From: Alphaproteobacteria bacterium
GTDB lineage: Bacteria; Pseudomonadota; Alphaproteobacteria; Rickettsiales; VGDC01
Assembly (NCBI GenBank): GCA_022450665.1
Contig: JAKUPQ010000001.1
Location: 1,272 to 65,271 of the forward strand
Length of the DNA stretch: 64,000 nucleotides
Direction: 5' to 3'
The notes beneath the pieces were generated by a model, which saw nothing but the letters and a program-made list of their open reading frames with translations, ran no database searches and was not told where the DNA came from. Below are positions 60,791 through 64,000 of this stretch, in pieces. The position numbers and the translations under genes are program-made. The first letter of the stretch is position 1. Each line of letters starts with the position of its first letter.

Positions 60791-61993
60791 TCAAATGGCA
60801 GATAATGCTTGTTTGATATCGTTTAAAATATCATCTGTAGCCTCTAAGCCAGCTGATAAGCGAATCATACCATCGGTGATGCCAAAGCTAGCACGTTCCT
60901 CGGAGCTGATGCTGGCATGCGTAGTTGTAGCGGGATGCGCAACTAAGCTGCGTGCATCGCCAAGATTGTTGGATATGGTTAGCAGCTCCAATGCATTCAA
61001 AAACTTAAATGCCGCTTCTTTACCTCCTACCATTTCGAAGGCTACCAATGCTCCCGCACGTTTCATTTGGCGCCGTGCAATGCCATGTTGCGGATGATTG
61101 GCCAAGCCCGGATAAATTACGCGGCTGATTTTATCATCGCACCCACATAAAAAATCCGCCACGGCTTCTGCATTATCCACATGCCTTTCCATGCGCATGG
61201 GGAATGTTTCCAGAGATTTATGTACCAGCCACGCATTAAATGGGCTCATTGCAGGGCCTGTGTGACGGTGGAATGGCAGAAGCGTTTCTTCCATAAATTC
61301 GCGATAACCCAGCACTGCACCGCCCAAACAACGGCCTTGCCCATCCATGTGCTTGGTGGTGGAATATACCACCAGATCAGCGCCAAGCTCTAAAGGCTTT
61401 TGTAATAGCGGGCTAGCAAACACATTATCGACAATAAGCCGTGCTCCGGCAATATGGCAAAGCTTGGCAATCTCTGTAATATCGATGATTTCCAAAGTTG
61501 GATTTGAGGGAGTTTCAATAAACACACATGCGGTGGGCTGGCTGAGCGCATTTTGCCATGCGGTAATATCTGTGCCATCCACCAGCACTACATTCACGCC
61601 AAAGCGAGGTAAAACCTGCGATAGAATATAATGACACGAGCTAAACAGCGCGCGGCTTGCTACCACACGATCTCCGGCTTTAACCTGACACATAATGGCT
61701 GCAAACACCGCTGCCATGCCACTGGCCATAACATTGCATGATTCCGCGCCTTCCATGTCGGCAAGACGTTGCTCTAACATTGCAAGGTTAGGGTTAGAGT
61801 AACGCGAGTAAACAAAGCCTGGTGCATCCCCGTTGAACCGGCTCTCGGCAATCTCGGCAGAATCATAACAAAAGCCGGAATTCATAAATATTGCTTCGCT
61901 TGTCTCGCCATATTGCGAGCGCATTACGCCGTTATGAATAAGCTTGGTTTGTTCATCCCAGTTAATGGTAGGTGTTTCTGGTTTGCGGGGCAT
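60791..61993 (-). CDS. metZ: O-succinylhomoserine sulfhydrylase (Cys/Met PLP enzyme)
   Basis: About 400 aa. PLP-lysine motif STTKHMDGQGR, overall MetZ/MetB-family layout. Confidence 0.75.
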   Translation of the reverse strand: MPRKPETPTINWDEQTKLIHNGVMRSQYGETSEAIFMNSGFCYDSAEIAESRFNGDAPGFVYSRYSNPNLAMLEQRLADMEGAESCNVMASGMAAVFAAIMCQVKAGDRVVASRALFSSCHYILSQVLPRFGVNVVLVDGTDITAWQNALSQPTACVFIETPSNPTLEIIDITEIAKLCHIAGARLIVDNVFASPLLQKPLELGADLVVYSTTKHMDGQGRCLGGAVLGYREFMEETLLPFHRHTGPAMSPFNAWLVHKSLETFPMRMERHVDNAEAVADFLCGCDDKISRVIYPGLANHPQHGIARRQMKRAGALVAFEMVGGKEAAFKFLNALELLTISNNLGDARSLVAHPATTTHASISSEERASFGITDGMIRLSAGLEATDDILNDIKQALSAI

Positions 61994-62143
61994 ATTATCT
62001 GTCTTGCATAAAGGGTGATAAAAAGTCTTTTCTGTTACGCAAAAATCCGTACAATGCGCGGATTAATTGGTACGGCCTCCTTGGCAGGCTGTCAAGCGGC
62101 AGTGTCTATTTTATATAGCCGTCGCAATTCAAATAGGACGCAT

Positions 62144-62824
62144 ATGTTTGGAAACAATCCTATCCGACCACCGCTAAAAGGGGCGGGTGATATTCTTGAG
62201 GTGCAACATATTTTCCCTACGATTCAGGGAGAGGGGACGTTTGCTGGCGTGCCTGCAATTTTTGTGCGCCTGGGTGGATGTAATCTTACATGCAGCTTTT
62301 GTGATACCGAATTTGAAGCGTTCAAGGCTACTAAAGTTACTAAAATTCTTGAGCGTATTGCTATACTTGCAAAAGATAATATCTATGCAGATCGTACAAC
62401 GCTTGTGGTGATTACCGGTGGGGAGCCGCTGCGCCAACCTATCGCGCCTTTATGTGAAGCACTGCTTGCGGAGGGGTTTACTGTGCAGGTAGAGACCAAT
62501 GGCACATTATACCGTCCATTACCAAATGCTGTGCATATTATTTGTTCGCCTAAAAACCCTGCTGGTAAAGGATATGCCCCCATTCGTGATGATTTATTGC
62601 AACGGGCTAATGGGTTAAAATTTATTATATCGGCTCATAACCCTGACTATTCTAATGTTGCTGACGCTGCATTAAACCCCTATAACACACCGGTTTATGT
62701 GCAGCCTATGGATGAATACGATGCGCATAAAAATAAAGAAAATTTGCAATTGGCAACAAAACTTGCTGCTACACATGGCTATAAACTCTCATTGCAAACC
62801 CACAAAATAATAAAGGTAGAATAG
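62144..62824 (+). CDS. queE: 7-carboxy-7-deazaguanine synthase
   Basis: FPTIQGEG and [12 protein letters not shown] radical-SAM motifs. ATG 62144 (MFGNNPIRP) is preferred to the non-ATG ORF track start at 62015. Confidence 0.8.
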   Translation: MFGNNPIRPPLKGAGDILEVQHIFPTIQGEGTFAGVPAIFVRLGGCNLTCSFCDTEFEAFKATKVTKILERIAILAKDNIYADRTTLVVITGGEPLRQPIAPLCEALLAEGFTVQVETNGTLYRPLPNAVHIICSPKNPAGKGYAPIRDDLLQRANGLKFIISAHNPDYSNVADAALNPYNTPVYVQPMDEYDAHKNKENLQLATKLAATHGYKLSLQTHKIIKVE

Positions 62825-62826
62825 AC

Positions 62827-63534
62827 ATGACAACACAACCGCGCAAAGCTGTCTTGCTGTTAAGCGGCGGATTGGATTCCACCACAGTTCTCGCCATCGC
62901 TCAGGCGCAGGGCTATGATGTACATGCATTGAGCTTTCAGTATGGCCAACGCCACAGCATAGAGCTGGATGTTGCAAAAGCGGTCGGAGAACAATTTAAT
63001 GTTACCGAACATAAAGTGGCGCAAATTGATCTGCGGTTATTTGGTGGCTCTGCATTGACGGATGATATCGATGTGCCAAAAGATCGCAACATGGATGAAA
63101 TTACCGGCGGCGTACCCATTACTTATGTGCCAGCCCGAAATACGATTTTTCTTTCTTTCGCGCTTGCTTGGGCAGAAGTCTTAAAGGCATATGACATATT
63201 TATTGGCGTAAATGTTTTAGATTATAGCGGTTATCCTGATTGCCGACCTGAATTTATCGAAGAGTTTGAAAAGCTCGCCAATCTAGCTACAGCCTATGGC
63301 GTGGAAGGAGGGGAGCGCATTAAAATTCACAGCCCGTTAATTAATATGTCTAAAGCGGATATTGTAAAAAAAGGCTTGGAGTTGGGTGTGGATTATAGCA
63401 AAACATTAAGTTGCTACGACCCTGGCCCTAATGCCGAAGCCTGCGGTGAGTGTGATGCATGCGCTTTACGCCAAAAAGGCTTTCGCGAACACGGAATGCA
63501 GGATCCTGCCACTTACATTAAGCGCGCTTCATAA
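62827..63534 (+). CDS. queC: 7-cyano-7-deazaguanine synthase
   Basis: [10 protein letters not shown]-loop and a C-terminal Cys cluster [17 protein letters not shown]. Confidence 0.9.
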   Translation: MTTQPRKAVLLLSGGLDSTTVLAIAQAQGYDVHALSFQYGQRHSIELDVAKAVGEQFNVTEHKVAQIDLRLFGGSALTDDIDVPKDRNMDEITGGVPITYVPARNTIFLSFALAWAEVLKAYDIFIGVNVLDYSGYPDCRPEFIEEFEKLANLATAYGVEGGERIKIHSPLINMSKADIVKKGLELGVDYSKTLSCYDPGPNAEACGECDACALRQKGFREHGMQDPATYIKRAS

Positions 63535-63564
63535 GGTTGTGCAGAGCATTAAAGGATAATGATT

Positions 63565-64000
63565 ATGAATGACGATATTTACCAGAATCTTACCCAGCTT
63601 GGGGGAAGCACACAACAGCCAAACTCGCCGGAAGAAGCGACATTAGAAAAAGTACCAAATCCAAATAAAGGATTGGACTATCTGGTACGCTTCACCTGTC
63701 CCGAATTTACTTCGATGTGCCCTATCACCGGCCAACCGGATTTTGCGCATTTGATGCTTGATTACGTGCCACAGGATTGGCTGGTGGAAAGCAAGTCACT
63801 AAAATTATTTCTGCATTCGTTCCGCAATCACGGTGCATTTCATGAAGCTTGTACGGTAGATATTGTTACCCGTTTGGTCAAAGAAATTTCACCAAAATGG
63901 ATGCGCATAGGCGGATATTGGTATCCGCGTGGGGGTATTCCAATTGATGTGTTTTATCAAACGGGCGAGGCGCCAAAAGGCTTGTGGTTGCCCGATCAGG
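63565..64000 (+). CDS. queF: NADPH-dependent 7-cyano-7-deazaguanine reductase, 3' end outside window
   Basis: ATG 63565 follows [15 protein letters not shown] catalytic motif and ESKSLKLFL. No stop before the window end, so it is absent from the ORF track. Confidence 0.85.
   Translation, partial: MNDDIYQNLTQLGGSTQQPNSPEEATLEKVPNPNKGLDYLVRFTCPEFTSMCPITGQPDFAHLMLDYVPQDWLVESKSLKLFLHSFRNHGAFHEACTVDIVTRLVKEISPKWMRIGGYWYPRGGIPIDVFYQTGEAPKGLWLPDQ

Noticed and set aside
61994-62143. A SAM-II riboswitch upstream of metZ, or a preQ1-I riboswitch upstream of queE.
   Set aside because: I could not find the conserved elements I remember, either the AAAGCU-type SAM-II core or the preQ1-I C-rich P1 and A-rich tail. 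Only the generic SD-sequestering hairpin is reported as a finding. It needs an Rfam scan.
1-64000. I looked for CRISPR arrays, tRNA/rRNA/tmRNA genes, IS elements, integrases, toxin-antitoxin pairs and known defence-system gene sets.
   Set aside because: I saw no repeat-spacer periodicity, no cloverleaf-like sequence in any intergenic gap over 100 nt, and no transposase, integrase or nuclease motifs in any ORF. The XRE gene at 58298 is a conserved housekeeping-type (PraR-like) regulator, not an obvious antitoxin.

Overview
The window is mostly conserved alphaproteobacterial chromosome. My sampled lines are about 45-48% GC. The gene content and the VirB6-rich type IV secretion layout suggest an intracellular, Rickettsiales/Holosporales-like lineage.

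Core blocks, in order:
- pyrB-(GT20-like)-pyrC-pyrF
- ydfG-mazG, ccmC, fdxA-carD
- sdhCDA-(M48 peptidase)-sdhB, citE-like, asd
- leuCDB
- ffh / rpsP-rimM-trmD-rplS
- terC, xseB-ispA, uvrA/ssb
- dapF-mtaB-ftsY
- usp/TIGR02186-like/TauE, tsaB
- miaB-phoH-ybeY-corC-lnt
- a PraR-like XRE regulator, metZ, queE-queC-queF

I found no rRNA, tRNA, CRISPR array, transposase or integrase.

Accessory or unusual content:
1. A roughly 600-bp, 62% GC single-gene islet (12.6-13.2 kb) lies between the convergent ends of carD and sdhB. It encodes a Sec-signal protein whose C-terminal 66 residues are rich in Trp, Cys, Gly and Tyr, carry WDPF(W/Y)GxC repeats and end in GGGGGWW. I do not recognise the family. This is my top candidate for something new.
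2. An rvh-like partial T4SS operon (virB3-virB4 plus three tandem virB6 paralogues) starts after ftsY. It has a TATGCG-repeat leader. It is followed by a 49-aa lipoprotein gene absent from the ORF track, which may be VirB7-like.
3. A native-composition Gly/Lys-rich protein also ends in GWW.
4. A divergent GT20 glycosyltransferase sits inside the pyr cluster, and an M48 lipoprotein peptidase sits inside the sdh operon.
5. A zincin-motif protein is cut by the window edge.
6. A C9 tract lies in the corC N-terminus, and a hairpin covers the Shine-Dalgarno (SD) of queE.

All functional calls come from motif recognition by eye. No database search was possible.
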